Below are positions 36,751-46,553 of a stretch of DNA of 64,000 bases, piece after piece; position 1 is the first letter of the stretch; each line of letters starts with the position of its first letter. The stretch covers positions 96,001-160,000 of the forward strand of contig CAXXXF010000002.1 of assembly GCA_963667175.2 (NCBI GenBank), written 5' to 3'. Both the position numbers and the translations under genes were made by a program. The stretch is from Candidatus Latescibacterota bacterium (lineage in GTDB: Bacteria > Latescibacterota > UBA2968 > GCA-2709665). A model generated the notes under the pieces. It ran no database searches, was not told where the DNA came from, and saw only the letters and a list, made by a program, of their open reading frames with translations.

Positions 36751-38729
36751 CGCTCGGGGGCACGGATTGGCGAAAAGGCGTCCTGCTCGGAATGCTTGCC
36801 GCCGTGCTTTTCAACGCACAGGCGCGTGCCGGCCGCCCCAAAGAGATCCGGTACATCGGGCCCCCGGTGAGCACGTTGAACAGCTATCTGTATACCGGGG
36901 GGATGTACGCGCAGATCACCCTGGGCACGAAGGAGGGGCTGGTTCAACTGGGTCCGGAGAAAGGGCTGATTCCGGCCCAGTGCGAGCGCTGGGAGGTCTC
37001 CGAAGACAGGTTGTCGTATACGTTTTTTCTTCGGCGGGACAACCGATGGTACGACGGCACAACGGTGACCGCGCGGGACTACAGGGCGGCCTTTATCTAT
37101 CAGATGGAACCGGGGCGGGAGAGCAAATGGCTCTGGGACACGCCGCTGCAGTACGTGGTCAAGGCCATGGATTTCAGGAACGGCGCGGCACGGGAGGACG
37201 AGGTGGGCGTGGACGTGCTCGACGAGTTCACGCTGCGCTTCCGCCTGGCGAGGCCGTATCCCGCGTTTCTGAACGCCATGGTCACCGGGAGCATGTTCCC
37301 GATTCACCGGGGATCGCTCGAAAAGTACGGAGACGCGTGGCACAAGCTGCCCAACTACCAGGGGAACGGGCCGTACAGGATCGTGGAGTGGGAACTCAAT
37401 TCCCATATCATCCTGGAGGCGAATCCGCGGTACAACCTGCCGCGAGGCAATCTGGAGCGGATCCACAGCCGATTCGCGGGCAGACCGCTGGAAGGGTACC
37501 AGAGCGGAGAGATCGACTTCGCGTTGCTGGCGTCGATCGCCGATATCTACTACGCCAGGCGCCATCCCGAGCTGGGCGATGAACTGGTCCTGACGCCCAC
37601 GAGCGGGCTTTCCTACGTAAGATTCCTGTTCTCGGAGCATCCGGTTTACTGGGACGCGCGGGTGCGCCGGGCGATTGCGCTCGGATTCGACAAGCGCCGG
37701 ATCGTGGAGTCGATCTTTCTCGGGCGGGAGACGCCGATGCATATGCTCTCCACGCCGGCGATGCCGGATTGGGATCCCGACGTGGGGATGAGATTCAACG
37801 TGGAAGAAGCCCGCCGCCTGCTGTCGGAGGCGGGATACCCCGGTGGCGAGGGCATTCCCGAATCGGTGATTCTGATTCCGTCGTACCTGGCGCCCGAGAT
37901 GGTCTCGCAGTTCGTGGTGATCGCCGCGATGCTGGAAGAAAACCTGGGCATCCGGTTCCGGATCGACAATCAGGAACTGGGCGTGTACGCCGATAAACGG
38001 GTTTCCCTGAATCCTTCCGGGTATACGGGGATGTGCTTTGCGGCCTCGGGAGCGCCGTGGCCGAACCCCATCTACGGCACGCAATGGATCGAAAACGTCC
38101 AGTGGACGGAGGATCCCGGGGTCTACGGCGCCTGGTGGGAGGGACAGCGCCGGATCCTGCAGATCCGGTCGGGGATGACCCCGCTTGAGGGCGGCGAGAA
38201 TCTCGAGGAATTCCAGCCTGTTCACCGCCTGGTCGAGGCGTACGCGGACTCGGTGACGGCGCTCTTCGCGAACGGCCGGCACGGTCCGCGCCTGCGCCGG
38301 CAGGCGGAGGAGGCGATGAGCGGTTGGCGGCAGACCGCGGACGAGATCCTGAGGACGGCGGGCGAGCCGGACGCGGACCTGGAATGGTGCTGGAAGGCGC
38401 TCAACGTCACGCTTCTGCAAGCCCGTCAATACTATTTCCAGTGGTCGAACACCAGCGACCTGCGCTGGCGCCTGGAGGAGATGCGCCAGGAAGCGCATTA
38501 CGCGCGCGAATCGTCCCGCCAGGCGGAGATCAACCGCGAAGTGCACCGGCTGGTGCAGGCTTTCTCCTGGGATTTCCCGCTCCACGTCGCCAATGCCACC
38601 GCGCTGGTCAGGCCCTACGTGAAGGGGCTGAGATTCTGCGCGTACTGGTGGGCAAATCCCATGTATCTCAAGTGGATCGATATCGATGACGACGGGGCGA
38701 CGGCAGCCAGGAACGCGGTGGTCGACTAG
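36747..38729 (+). CDS. Peptide/nickel-type ABC transporter substrate-binding protein (family 5)
   Basis: EGLV; WEVSED..SYTF.LR; W.DG..VTA.D; NGPY.I..W; VRRAIA; A..LL.EAGYPGG. Confidence 0.85.
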   Translation: MTLGGTDWRKGVLLGMLAAVLFNAQARAGRPKEIRYIGPPVSTLNSYLYTGGMYAQITLGTKEGLVQLGPEKGLIPAQCERWEVSEDRLSYTFFLRRDNRWYDGTTVTARDYRAAFIYQMEPGRESKWLWDTPLQYVVKAMDFRNGAAREDEVGVDVLDEFTLRFRLARPYPAFLNAMVTGSMFPIHRGSLEKYGDAWHKLPNYQGNGPYRIVEWELNSHIILEANPRYNLPRGNLERIHSRFAGRPLEGYQSGEIDFALLASIADIYYARRHPELGDELVLTPTSGLSYVRFLFSEHPVYWDARVRRAIALGFDKRRIVESIFLGRETPMHMLSTPAMPDWDPDVGMRFNVEEARRLLSEAGYPGGEGIPESVILIPSYLAPEMVSQFVVIAAMLEENLGIRFRIDNQELGVYADKRVSLNPSGYTGMCFAASGAPWPNPIYGTQWIENVQWTEDPGVYGAWWEGQRRILQIRSGMTPLEGGENLEEFQPVHRLVEAYADSVTALFANGRHGPRLRRQAEEAMSGWRQTADEILRTAGEPDADLEWCWKALNVTLLQARQYYFQWSNTSDLRWRLEEMRQEAHYARESSRQAEINREVHRLVQAFSWDFPLHVANATALVRPYVKGLRFCAYWWANPMYLKWIDIDDDGATAARNAVVD

Positions 38730-38782
38730 GAGGCCGTCAGCGCCGCGTTCATGCCGAAGCGAATTCGAGCTGGAGCGTCGTT

Positions 38783-39760
38783 ATGGTGATGTTCTTCTTC
38801 CGCCGGGTCGGCCAGATTTTCGTGAGTCTGGTCGCGATCCTGGTCATCACGTTCTACCTGATGCACGCCGCGCCCGGTGATTTCTTCAACATCGAACGGC
38901 TGATGAACCAGCAGGTGACGGGCAGCCGGCTGAGTCAGTTCGAGGAAAAGAGCCAGACGCTCATGCTATGGGAGGAGCGCTACGGCGAAAATACGCCCGT
39001 CTGGAAGCAGATCCTGATCTATCTGCGCCACGCGGCCGTCCTGGACTTCGGACCGTCGTTCCGCTACCCGGATACGACCATCCAGGAGATGATGAAACGG
39101 GCCTTCCCGCGGACGTTCGTCCTGGCCTTCTCTCCGATGCTTCTGGCGCTTCTGATCGGCATCCCCATGGGCATCGGGGCGGCGCTGTACCGGAACTCGT
39201 GGATCGACCGTGTCACCATGTTCGTTTCCATGCTGGGCATCTGCATCCCGTCTTACGTCATCGCCCTGCTGGTGATCGTCTTTTTCGCCGTCACGCTTCA
39301 GTTGTTCCCCACGTCCGGGTGGGGGACCTGGGAGTACGCCGTCCTGCCTGTCATGGCGATGGTCTTCCAACCCGTTGCAGGCATCGCCCGATACGTCCGG
39401 GTGAGCCTGATCAAGGAGATGGGCGAAGACTACGTGCGGACGGTCTTCTCGAAGGGCGGAAACCGCAACAAGGCGGTTTTTCGCCACGCGCTCCGGAATT
39501 CGCTGATCCCCCTCCTGACGATTAGCGGCCCTCAGTTCGCCAATCTGATGGTGAGCACCGCCTTCATCGAGGAAATCTTCAATATCCCCGGCCTGGGCAA
39601 GCTGTTCGTGGCCGCCGCGGGGACCCGGGACTATCCGATGATCATCACGTCGACCCTGTTTTTCGGTTTTCTGATTATGCTGATGAACCTGCTGGTGGAT
39701 ATCGGGTACGCGCTGATCGATCCGCGGATACGGGCGAGTTATAGAGGAAAAGGGGGATAA
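38783..39760 (+). CDS. oppB: Peptide ABC transporter permease (OppB/DppB)
   Basis: DFGPSF; DYVRT..SKG; HALRNSLIP; IE.IF.IPGLG; DPRIR. Confidence 0.88.
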   Translation: MVMFFFRRVGQIFVSLVAILVITFYLMHAAPGDFFNIERLMNQQVTGSRLSQFEEKSQTLMLWEERYGENTPVWKQILIYLRHAAVLDFGPSFRYPDTTIQEMMKRAFPRTFVLAFSPMLLALLIGIPMGIGAALYRNSWIDRVTMFVSMLGICIPSYVIALLVIVFFAVTLQLFPTSGWGTWEYAVLPVMAMVFQPVAGIARYVRVSLIKEMGEDYVRTVFSKGGNRNKAVFRHALRNSLIPLLTISGPQFANLMVSTAFIEEIFNIPGLGKLFVAAAGTRDYPMIITSTLFFGFLIMLMNLLVDIGYALIDPRIRASYRGKGG

Positions 39761-39763
39761 CGC

Positions 39764-40663
39764 GTGGCCGCGCTGAATCCGGTCGGACGTCCGCCGTCCG
39801 ATGCAGACGAGTCGTCGCCCGCGCCGCGGATTTCATATTGGGGCGCCGTCTGGCAACGATTCTCCTCGAACCGTCTGGCCGTGCTGAGCCTGGGGTTCGT
39901 GATCGTGATGGTTCTGGTCGCGGCCCTGGCGGATCTCATTGCGCCGTACGGGTACAACCAGATCGACCTGGACAACGCGTACCAGTCCCCGTCCTGGCGG
40001 CACGTCGCGGGGACCGACGAGGTGGGGCGGGACATCTTCAGCCGCCTGATCTTCAGCCTTCAGACGGCCCTGGCCGTTGCGTTCGGCGCCACGGTGATCT
40101 CGGTGGCGATCGGCGGGCTTATCGGCGCGGTCGCGGGGTACGCCGGCGGCGTCGTGGACAACGTGCTGATGCGGTTTACGGACGTGATGTACGCGTTTCC
40201 CGGGTTTCTGTTCAGCATCATCCTGGTGTCGGTCCTCGGCAGGGGCATCGTGACGATATTCATCGCCATCGCGGCCACGGGCTGGGTCGGGTTCGCCCGG
40301 CTGATGCGCGCCCAGGTCTTGTCCATCAAAAACCTGGAATACGTGGAGTCTGCGCGGGCGCTGGGGGCGACCCATCCATACGCGATCCGGCGTTACATTC
40401 TTCCGAATTCCTTCGGTCCGCTGATCGTCGCGATCGCGTTCATGGTCCCCACCCTGATGATGACCGAGTCGGCGCTGAGTCTGCTCGGGCTGGGGGTGAT
40501 GCCCCCGCGGCCGAGTTGGGGGGTGCTGATCCAGGTGGGGAGCCTGAATTTCAGGGCTTTTCCCTACCAGCTCACGTGGCCGGCCGCCACGTTTGCGCTC
40601 GCGCTTCTGGCTTTCACGTATCTGGGCGACGGGCTGAACGACGCATTCAACCCCAAAGAGTAA
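39764..40663 (+). CDS. oppC: Peptide ABC transporter permease (OppC/DppC)
   Basis: GTDE.GRDIFSR; EYVESARALGA; ES.LS.LGLG; GDGL.DAF.P. Confidence 0.88.
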   Translation: MAALNPVGRPPSDADESSPAPRISYWGAVWQRFSSNRLAVLSLGFVIVMVLVAALADLIAPYGYNQIDLDNAYQSPSWRHVAGTDEVGRDIFSRLIFSLQTALAVAFGATVISVAIGGLIGAVAGYAGGVVDNVLMRFTDVMYAFPGFLFSIILVSVLGRGIVTIFIAIAATGWVGFARLMRAQVLSIKNLEYVESARALGATHPYAIRRYILPNSFGPLIVAIAFMVPTLMMTESALSLLGLGVMPPRPSWGVLIQVGSLNFRAFPYQLTWPAATFALALLAFTYLGDGLNDAFNPKE

Positions 40664-40693
40664 GTCCTGAGTCGGACTCTGTGAGGCGCGTCC

Positions 40694-41650
40694 GTGTCCA
40701 CGCTGCTCGACGTCCGAAACCTGAAGACCTATTTCTATCGCCGCGACGGCGTGGTGAGGGCGGTGGACGGCATCTCATACGTCGTTCGCGAACGGGAGAG
40801 CGTGGGCGTCGTCGGGGAAAGCGGCAGCGGCAAGAGCGTGAGCATGCTGTCCGTCGTCAGGCTGATCGGAGGACGGGGGAAGATTGTAGCCGGAAAGGTC
40901 GTTTTCAACGGACGCAACCTGCTGGAACTGGACGAAAGGGCGCTTCAGGAGATTCGCGGCAACGACGTCGGGTTCATCTTTCAGAACCCCCAGACGTCGC
41001 TCAACCCCACGATGCGCAGCGGGCCGCAGATCGCCGAACCCCTTCTGTGGCACGGGCGCGCCGACCGGAAGCAGTCCTTCGAGCGCGCGGTCTCGCTGCT
41101 GGAAGAGGTGGGCATTCCCGCGCCGGCGCTGCGCTACCGGAACTACCCGTTCGAACTCTCGGGAGGGATGAAACAGCGCGTGATGATCGCGGTGGCGTTG
41201 AGCTGCGAGCCGAAGCTGATGATTGCGGACGAACCCACGACCGCGCTGGACGTCACGACACAGGCGCAGATCATGGACCTGATGAACCGGATGAAGGCCG
41301 CGCACGGGATGTCAACCGTGCTGATTACCCACGATTTCGGGCTCGCCGCGGAATTCAGCGACAGGATCGTCGTGATGTACGCCGGAAGAGTGGCCGAAAT
41401 TGCGCCCACCCGCGTATTCCTGAATTCCCCGAGGCACCCGTACTCCATCGGGTTGCTGGAAAACGCGAAGATGGTCCGAGGGCGTCTGGATACCATCCCC
41501 GGGCAGCCTCCCGACATGACCCGGCCGCCGTCGGGATGCCGATTCCATCCCCGCTGTCCCCGCGCCACGGACCAATGCCGGGAAGAGGACCCTGGAATGA
41601 CCAGGATATCGGACGACCATTCCGTCTTCTGCTGGCACCACGACGCGTAA
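40694..41650 (+). CDS. oppD: Peptide ABC transporter ATPase (OppD/DppD)
   Basis: GESGSGKS; YP.ELSGGMKQR; IADEPTTALD; GCRFHPRC. Confidence 0.9.
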   Translation: MSTLLDVRNLKTYFYRRDGVVRAVDGISYVVRERESVGVVGESGSGKSVSMLSVVRLIGGRGKIVAGKVVFNGRNLLELDERALQEIRGNDVGFIFQNPQTSLNPTMRSGPQIAEPLLWHGRADRKQSFERAVSLLEEVGIPAPALRYRNYPFELSGGMKQRVMIAVALSCEPKLMIADEPTTALDVTTQAQIMDLMNRMKAAHGMSTVLITHDFGLAAEFSDRIVVMYAGRVAEIAPTRVFLNSPRHPYSIGLLENAKMVRGRLDTIPGQPPDMTRPPSGCRFHPRCPRATDQCREEDPGMTRISDDHSVFCWHHDA

Positions 41651-41667
41651 GGATGTGTCCCGCGATA

Positions 41668-43995
41668 TCAAAAGTCCTTCAGCAGCCCCGCCCGGTCCGC
41701 GTAGTCGAAGAATCGGAGCAGATCGCGCCAGATGACGCTGATGGAATCGCCCGTGGCGCGGATGACCTCGTACCCGAATCTCGTCTTGTCGAAATGTCCC
41801 ACGGACGGGAAGGTGGATATCATGTTCATTTCGATGTCCCGCAGGCCGGCGTGAACGTATTTCTCGTCGCCCGTGATTTCCCACCCGTAGCCGATGCTCT
41901 CCCGCAGGGCTGAGAAACCGATATAGCTCATCGGTGTCTCGTTACCGGGCATGGACAGATAGAGCCCTTCCGGCGTGCGGACGTCTTCGCTTGCCAGGAA
42001 GTCGCATATCCTCAGGAAAGAGTCCCTGCTCAGGGGATTCCCGAAGGTCTGGTAGTGGTATGCCAGACCGGTTGCGGCGATGCTGCCCATCACCGCCTGC
42101 TGGTAGGGGATCGGTCCCCATCCGCCGCTGCAGCCGCCGTTGGGTTCCAGCGGGTCCGGTCCCTCCGAAAAGGACGCCGCAATCGTCTCCGCGGCCTCGG
42201 CGTACCGCTTTTCCCCGATTGCCCGGTACACGCTGCACAGCGCGATCAACGGCCACCCCCGGTCCCTTGCGCCGCGCCGTCCGTCGCCCGCCGCCACCTT
42301 CCTGCAGATCAGATCCGCCACGCCGCGCGCGGCTTCCAGCGCCGGAGCATACCCGCAATAATAGTAGTACGATAGAAACCCCTCCGCCCACATGTGGGAG
42401 AGGTGGCAGTTGGGCTTCCCGTCCGCCCCGACGTGAAAGGCGCCATGGGAGGTCCATCCGCCCTGCTCGTCGAAATGATCGTCGAAATGGATGACGTCCA
42501 GGTCCATCACGTGCCGGATCGCGGATTCGAAGGCGTCGAGATAGAGATAATTGCCGGTGCGTACAAGCTGGAGGTACACGGTCTGGCCGAAGTCGTGCTC
42601 GCAGTTGGCCATGAAATCCACGCGTCCCCAGGATGCGCTCATCAGCTGCTCGTAGTCGCCGTAGTCCATCATCCCCAGGCGCCGGTCGTATCCCAGGAAT
42701 TGCTCGAATTCCAGGCGGAACTTCTGCTCGATACCCTTGTATTTCTCCGGTTGATAGCGGAACACGGGCCCGATCGCTCCGGAATCGATAAACCAGTCCG
42801 GAGAGGAGAAAACGACGGGAAACTGGTACGCGAAGTGCCAGTCCGCCAGCCGTGCCCGGGCGGCCCCGCCGGTGTACGCCCGCAGCTTGACCTGATGCGA
42901 CTTGGCCTGTCCCTGGAAAATCGCAAGCGGCCCCGCCGCCTCGGGCCAGAGATCCAGAACGACTTTGCCGGCGTCCGCGGAGAAGCCCTTGGGCCACTGC
43001 TGCACGAATTTTCGAACCGAGGCCGCGACCCCGCCTTCGCTGTCCCCCGCGGAAACCCATCCGTGCGAACGGCCGACCGCTGTCTCGCCGTCGTACACGT
43101 CGGCGTCGATCATGGCGTCGTACATGGCCGTACGCGGGGCGTCGGTCAACAGGCCTCGAATCGGTCGATCCGACGTGATCAGGCCCTGGTTCCCAACCGT
43201 GGCAATGGGACAGGTTGCGAATTCGCCGGCGCCGCCGACGGCGTGTGCCACAACAAGCCGCACCGCCCGCAGCTGTCGCAGACGCGGACTTTCCAGGTCC
43301 ACGCTCGGGGTACCGATCCCCTGGGCGAGTTTCAGCCGTTCCGGAACGTCCCGGTAGGGCTCATCGTGGATGAACTGGTACTCCACCTCCAGGTCTTCCG
43401 CGCCGGCGAATACCGTAACCCGGAAAACGAGTGAAAACAGCTTCCGACCGGCCTCGTCACGGTGCGTGCCGTTCCTGCTGACCACCAGCATTCTTCCGGT
43501 GGATCTCTCAACGCGGGGTTCTCCGTCGAGCTGGCTCGTGAAAACGTCGCCCGTTTCGTCTTCGATCTCCGCGCTTAGCGTCCGGATACACGCCCTGCCT
43601 CTCCTGCCGCACTCGACCAGAAACGCCTGTCCGGAAGCAGGAAGGACAAATCGCAGAACACCGTTGTCGACCTCGATTCCCGTCTCTGTCTTCGAAATCG
43701 TAATCCGGGGATCCACGTCGGGTTCCAACGGGTCCTCGGCCCACGTCAGCGCATAATTCTTCCTTCCATTCCCGTCAAAGTCCACGGGAAACTGGAGCAA
43801 GACCCACTTCACGGACCCATCGGGCCATCGGGCCAGTTCATCCGTACCGAGAGGCAGCACGCGACCTGTCTCGTCCTTCAGGGTCAGCCTCCCGGAGTCC
43901 GTCAGGGCGCCCTCCGGGAACGGGATTCCCCTGCAGAGCCACTCTTCACGGCGCGGCGTCCGGATTTCATTCGCCAGCGTGATATCTACAGCCAT
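41668..43995 (-). CDS. Exo-rhamnogalacturonan lyase-like protein (PcRGLX/YetA-like, PL26-related)
   Basis: GIPFPEG.L; LARWPDGSVKW; QWPK; GMMDYGD; H.MD.D; R.RGW.L. Confidence 0.7.
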   Translation of the reverse strand: MAVDITLANEIRTPRREEWLCRGIPFPEGALTDSGRLTLKDETGRVLPLGTDELARWPDGSVKWVLLQFPVDFDGNGRKNYALTWAEDPLEPDVDPRITISKTETGIEVDNGVLRFVLPASGQAFLVECGRRGRACIRTLSAEIEDETGDVFTSQLDGEPRVERSTGRMLVVSRNGTHRDEAGRKLFSLVFRVTVFAGAEDLEVEYQFIHDEPYRDVPERLKLAQGIGTPSVDLESPRLRQLRAVRLVVAHAVGGAGEFATCPIATVGNQGLITSDRPIRGLLTDAPRTAMYDAMIDADVYDGETAVGRSHGWVSAGDSEGGVAASVRKFVQQWPKGFSADAGKVVLDLWPEAAGPLAIFQGQAKSHQVKLRAYTGGAARARLADWHFAYQFPVVFSSPDWFIDSGAIGPVFRYQPEKYKGIEQKFRLEFEQFLGYDRRLGMMDYGDYEQLMSASWGRVDFMANCEHDFGQTVYLQLVRTGNYLYLDAFESAIRHVMDLDVIHFDDHFDEQGGWTSHGAFHVGADGKPNCHLSHMWAEGFLSYYYYCGYAPALEAARGVADLICRKVAAGDGRRGARDRGWPLIALCSVYRAIGEKRYAEAAETIAASFSEGPDPLEPNGGCSGGWGPIPYQQAVMGSIAATGLAYHYQTFGNPLSRDSFLRICDFLASEDVRTPEGLYLSMPGNETPMSYIGFSALRESIGYGWEITGDEKYVHAGLRDIEMNMISTFPSVGHFDKTRFGYEVIRATGDSISVIWRDLLRFFDYADRAGLLKDF

Positions 43996-44271
43996 AAGAC
44001 GATCCTTTCCGTATCGATCAACGGTTTGTGCGCAGACGCGTCTCTCACGGCCGCCCCACAATTCGCAAGCCCTGATTGTGCTTGCATCCGGGGGTACCCT
44101 GGCCTACTTTTCGACGGGACGGCGGTTACGCACAGGTGCGCCGGTCTGCGAATGGCGGGAACGCCAGGACAAAAACGACGTCGCCGATCCAATATATGTT
44201 GCATGATTTTGGGTTTCAACACCTTTTCGCGATTCAGAAAACCGAACGACCACGCATTCGGAGGCGGGACG

Positions 44272-45231
44272 ATGCCGGAGCCGCTATTGCGGGTTGTGGA
44301 CCTGAAGATGCATTTCGACCAGGGCAGGGACGTGGTGAAAGCCGTGGACGGCGTCACGTTTCAGATCCACCGGAACCAGACCTTCGGCCTGGTCGGTGAA
44401 AGCGGCAGCGGAAAATCGACCCTCGCCCGCGCGGTCCTGCGGCTGCACGAGCCCACCGAGGGTCGGGTGTATTTCGAGGGACGCGACGTGTGCGCGCTCT
44501 CCGACAGGGAACTGCGCGCGCTTCGGCGGGAAATGCAGATTGTCTTTCAGGACCCCCTGTCGTCTCTGAACCCGATGATGAGCGTGGGCGCCATCGTGGG
44601 AGACGCCCTCGCGATTCACAGGGTGGGGACCAGGCGGGAGCGGGAGGAGGAAGTGGGCAGGCTGCTGGACCTGGTTGGCGTGGGGCGGCAGTTCGCCGAC
44701 GCGTTTCCGCACGAGTTCTCCGGCGGGCAGCAGCAGCGCGTCTCGATCGCCCGCGCGCTGGCGCTGAAACCGCAGTTCGTCATCTGCGACGAGCCGGTTT
44801 CCTCGCTGGATCTGTCCATCCAGGCGCAGATTCTGAACCTCCTGGAATCCCTGCAGGGACGTTTCGGCCTGGCGTACCTGTTCATTTCGCACGACCTGAA
44901 AGTCGTGGAGCGCCTCTCGGATATCGTGGGTGTCATGTACCTGGGGAGGCTGGTGGAGGTGGGGCCGACCGAAGCGCTGTACGGGAGGCCGCGCCATCCG
45001 TACACGCAGATTCTCCTGGCGTCGGCGCCGCGTCTCGAGCCTGGCGCGCGGACCGACCGCATCATCCTCGAAGGGGAAGTGCCCAGTCCCATCGATCCCC
45101 CGTCGGGCTGCGCGTTTCATCCACGCTGCCCGTACCGCATGGACCGGTGCAGTCAGGAGATCCCACGGCTGACGCAGGTCGAGCCGGGGCATCGGGCCGC
45201 TTGTTTTCTCACGGAAGGAGGAATCGGATGA
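44272..45231 (+). CDS. oppF: Peptide ABC transporter ATPase (OppF/DppF)
   Basis: KAVDGV.F; GESGSGKST; PHEFSGGQ.QR; CDEPVS.LD.SIQAQ; GC.FHPRC. Confidence 0.9.
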   Translation: MPEPLLRVVDLKMHFDQGRDVVKAVDGVTFQIHRNQTFGLVGESGSGKSTLARAVLRLHEPTEGRVYFEGRDVCALSDRELRALRREMQIVFQDPLSSLNPMMSVGAIVGDALAIHRVGTRREREEEVGRLLDLVGVGRQFADAFPHEFSGGQQQRVSIARALALKPQFVICDEPVSSLDLSIQAQILNLLESLQGRFGLAYLFISHDLKVVERLSDIVGVMYLGRLVEVGPTEALYGRPRHPYTQILLASAPRLEPGARTDRIILEGEVPSPIDPPSGCAFHPRCPYRMDRCSQEIPRLTQVEPGHRAACFLTEGGIG

Positions 45232-46505
45232 AACCTGAACGGGTCCGGGTGACCTATGCGCAGCCGGCGTCGCCGCGTTTCGACGTGGAGTTGATCACGG
45301 ATACGGCCGGGCATCTGCAGACCGGCGGCAGCGGCGCGAGTTGCTGGGGATACAACCAGTCCAATATCGTCCGCGCGGGAGAGGACGTCTACGCGCTGAG
45401 CTGGCGGGACGACATGACGCTTGTGGTCTTCCGCCGCGTCGGCGACGGGCGGTGGGAGGCCAGCGACCCCCTGCCTCCCGTGCCCCAGAACGGCAACCTG
45501 CTCGTGGACGGCGCCGGGCGGCTGCACGTGATTGCGGGCGCGAACGCCAGTTACCACGCCATCTTCGACCCGCCCGGGCAGGTGGAGAGGTTCGCCATAC
45601 AGGAATACGCGACGGCCGACAGCCGGTTCGGCGCGTCGATCGACGCCGCCGGCCGGATCTTCGTGGCCGGAGGGCTTCCAACGATGGCGTGGTACGTGCT
45701 TGATCCCGAAAACGACTATCGCCCGATGGTCTCGGGCAGCGTGGAACACGAACGGAACCGCGGGTATCACTTCGTCATCCTCAACGGCGCCGAGGCGCAC
45801 TCGATTTCCAGCGACGACTATTTCCTCGAGGGCGAACAGTTTCCCAACCAGACGATTAAACTCAGGGACGCCGAGACGGGAATGGTGAACATGGTTGAAA
45901 CGCCCCGCGGGATCTACCCCGTCCTGAAGGCTTATTATTACTACTGTCCGGACGTGTTCGGAGCGCCGGATGACTGGCGAATGACCGTAATCAGCGACGT
46001 GTCCGATACGTTCGACGGGCGCGCCCGGGGGACGACCGATCACCAGGACCTGATGTTGGATACGCGGGGGCGGGCGCACCTCACGTACTACGAAAACCGG
46101 CAGCCGGCCACCACGGTCTGGGCCGGACGGGGGCAGGATCCGGGGAACAGTCTTCTCTACCACGCGGTGGGGGACCCCGGCGGTCCGTTCGAACACTTCT
46201 GTATAGGCAACTTCAACGGGGGCCGGGTCTACCAGGCCCCGGACGGCCGGTTTCACTATTTCCTGACGCGCGGGGGCAGAGGCAACGCGGAGGGGGTCTG
46301 GTACGCGACGGGCGAAGACGGAGCGTGGGACCGGATCAGCGAACCGGTACAGCTGGAAATGCCGTCGCGGCTGTGGCACTTCTTTACCAACGCGACCCGA
46401 GCGGGCGGGACCCATACGCCCTTTGTGGACTGCTACTGGACGGGGCCTTCCGAGCAGAACAGCAACGAGGTCTACTACGGCCGGCTCACGCCGCCTGCGG
46501 GATGA
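45228..46505 (+). CDS. Hypothetical protein, probable beta-propeller
   Basis: ATGA coupling to the oppF stop; repeated D..GR.H motifs. Confidence 0.65.
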   Translation: MKPERVRVTYAQPASPRFDVELITDTAGHLQTGGSGASCWGYNQSNIVRAGEDVYALSWRDDMTLVVFRRVGDGRWEASDPLPPVPQNGNLLVDGAGRLHVIAGANASYHAIFDPPGQVERFAIQEYATADSRFGASIDAAGRIFVAGGLPTMAWYVLDPENDYRPMVSGSVEHERNRGYHFVILNGAEAHSISSDDYFLEGEQFPNQTIKLRDAETGMVNMVETPRGIYPVLKAYYYYCPDVFGAPDDWRMTVISDVSDTFDGRARGTTDHQDLMLDTRGRAHLTYYENRQPATTVWAGRGQDPGNSLLYHAVGDPGGPFEHFCIGNFNGGRVYQAPDGRFHYFLTRGGRGNAEGVWYATGEDGAWDRISEPVQLEMPSRLWHFFTNATRAGGTHTPFVDCYWTGPSEQNSNEVYYGRLTPPAG

Positions 46506-46553
46506 CTCCCGTCGACTCCGGAAACGGGCGCCGGCCTCCACCGACGAAGCCGT

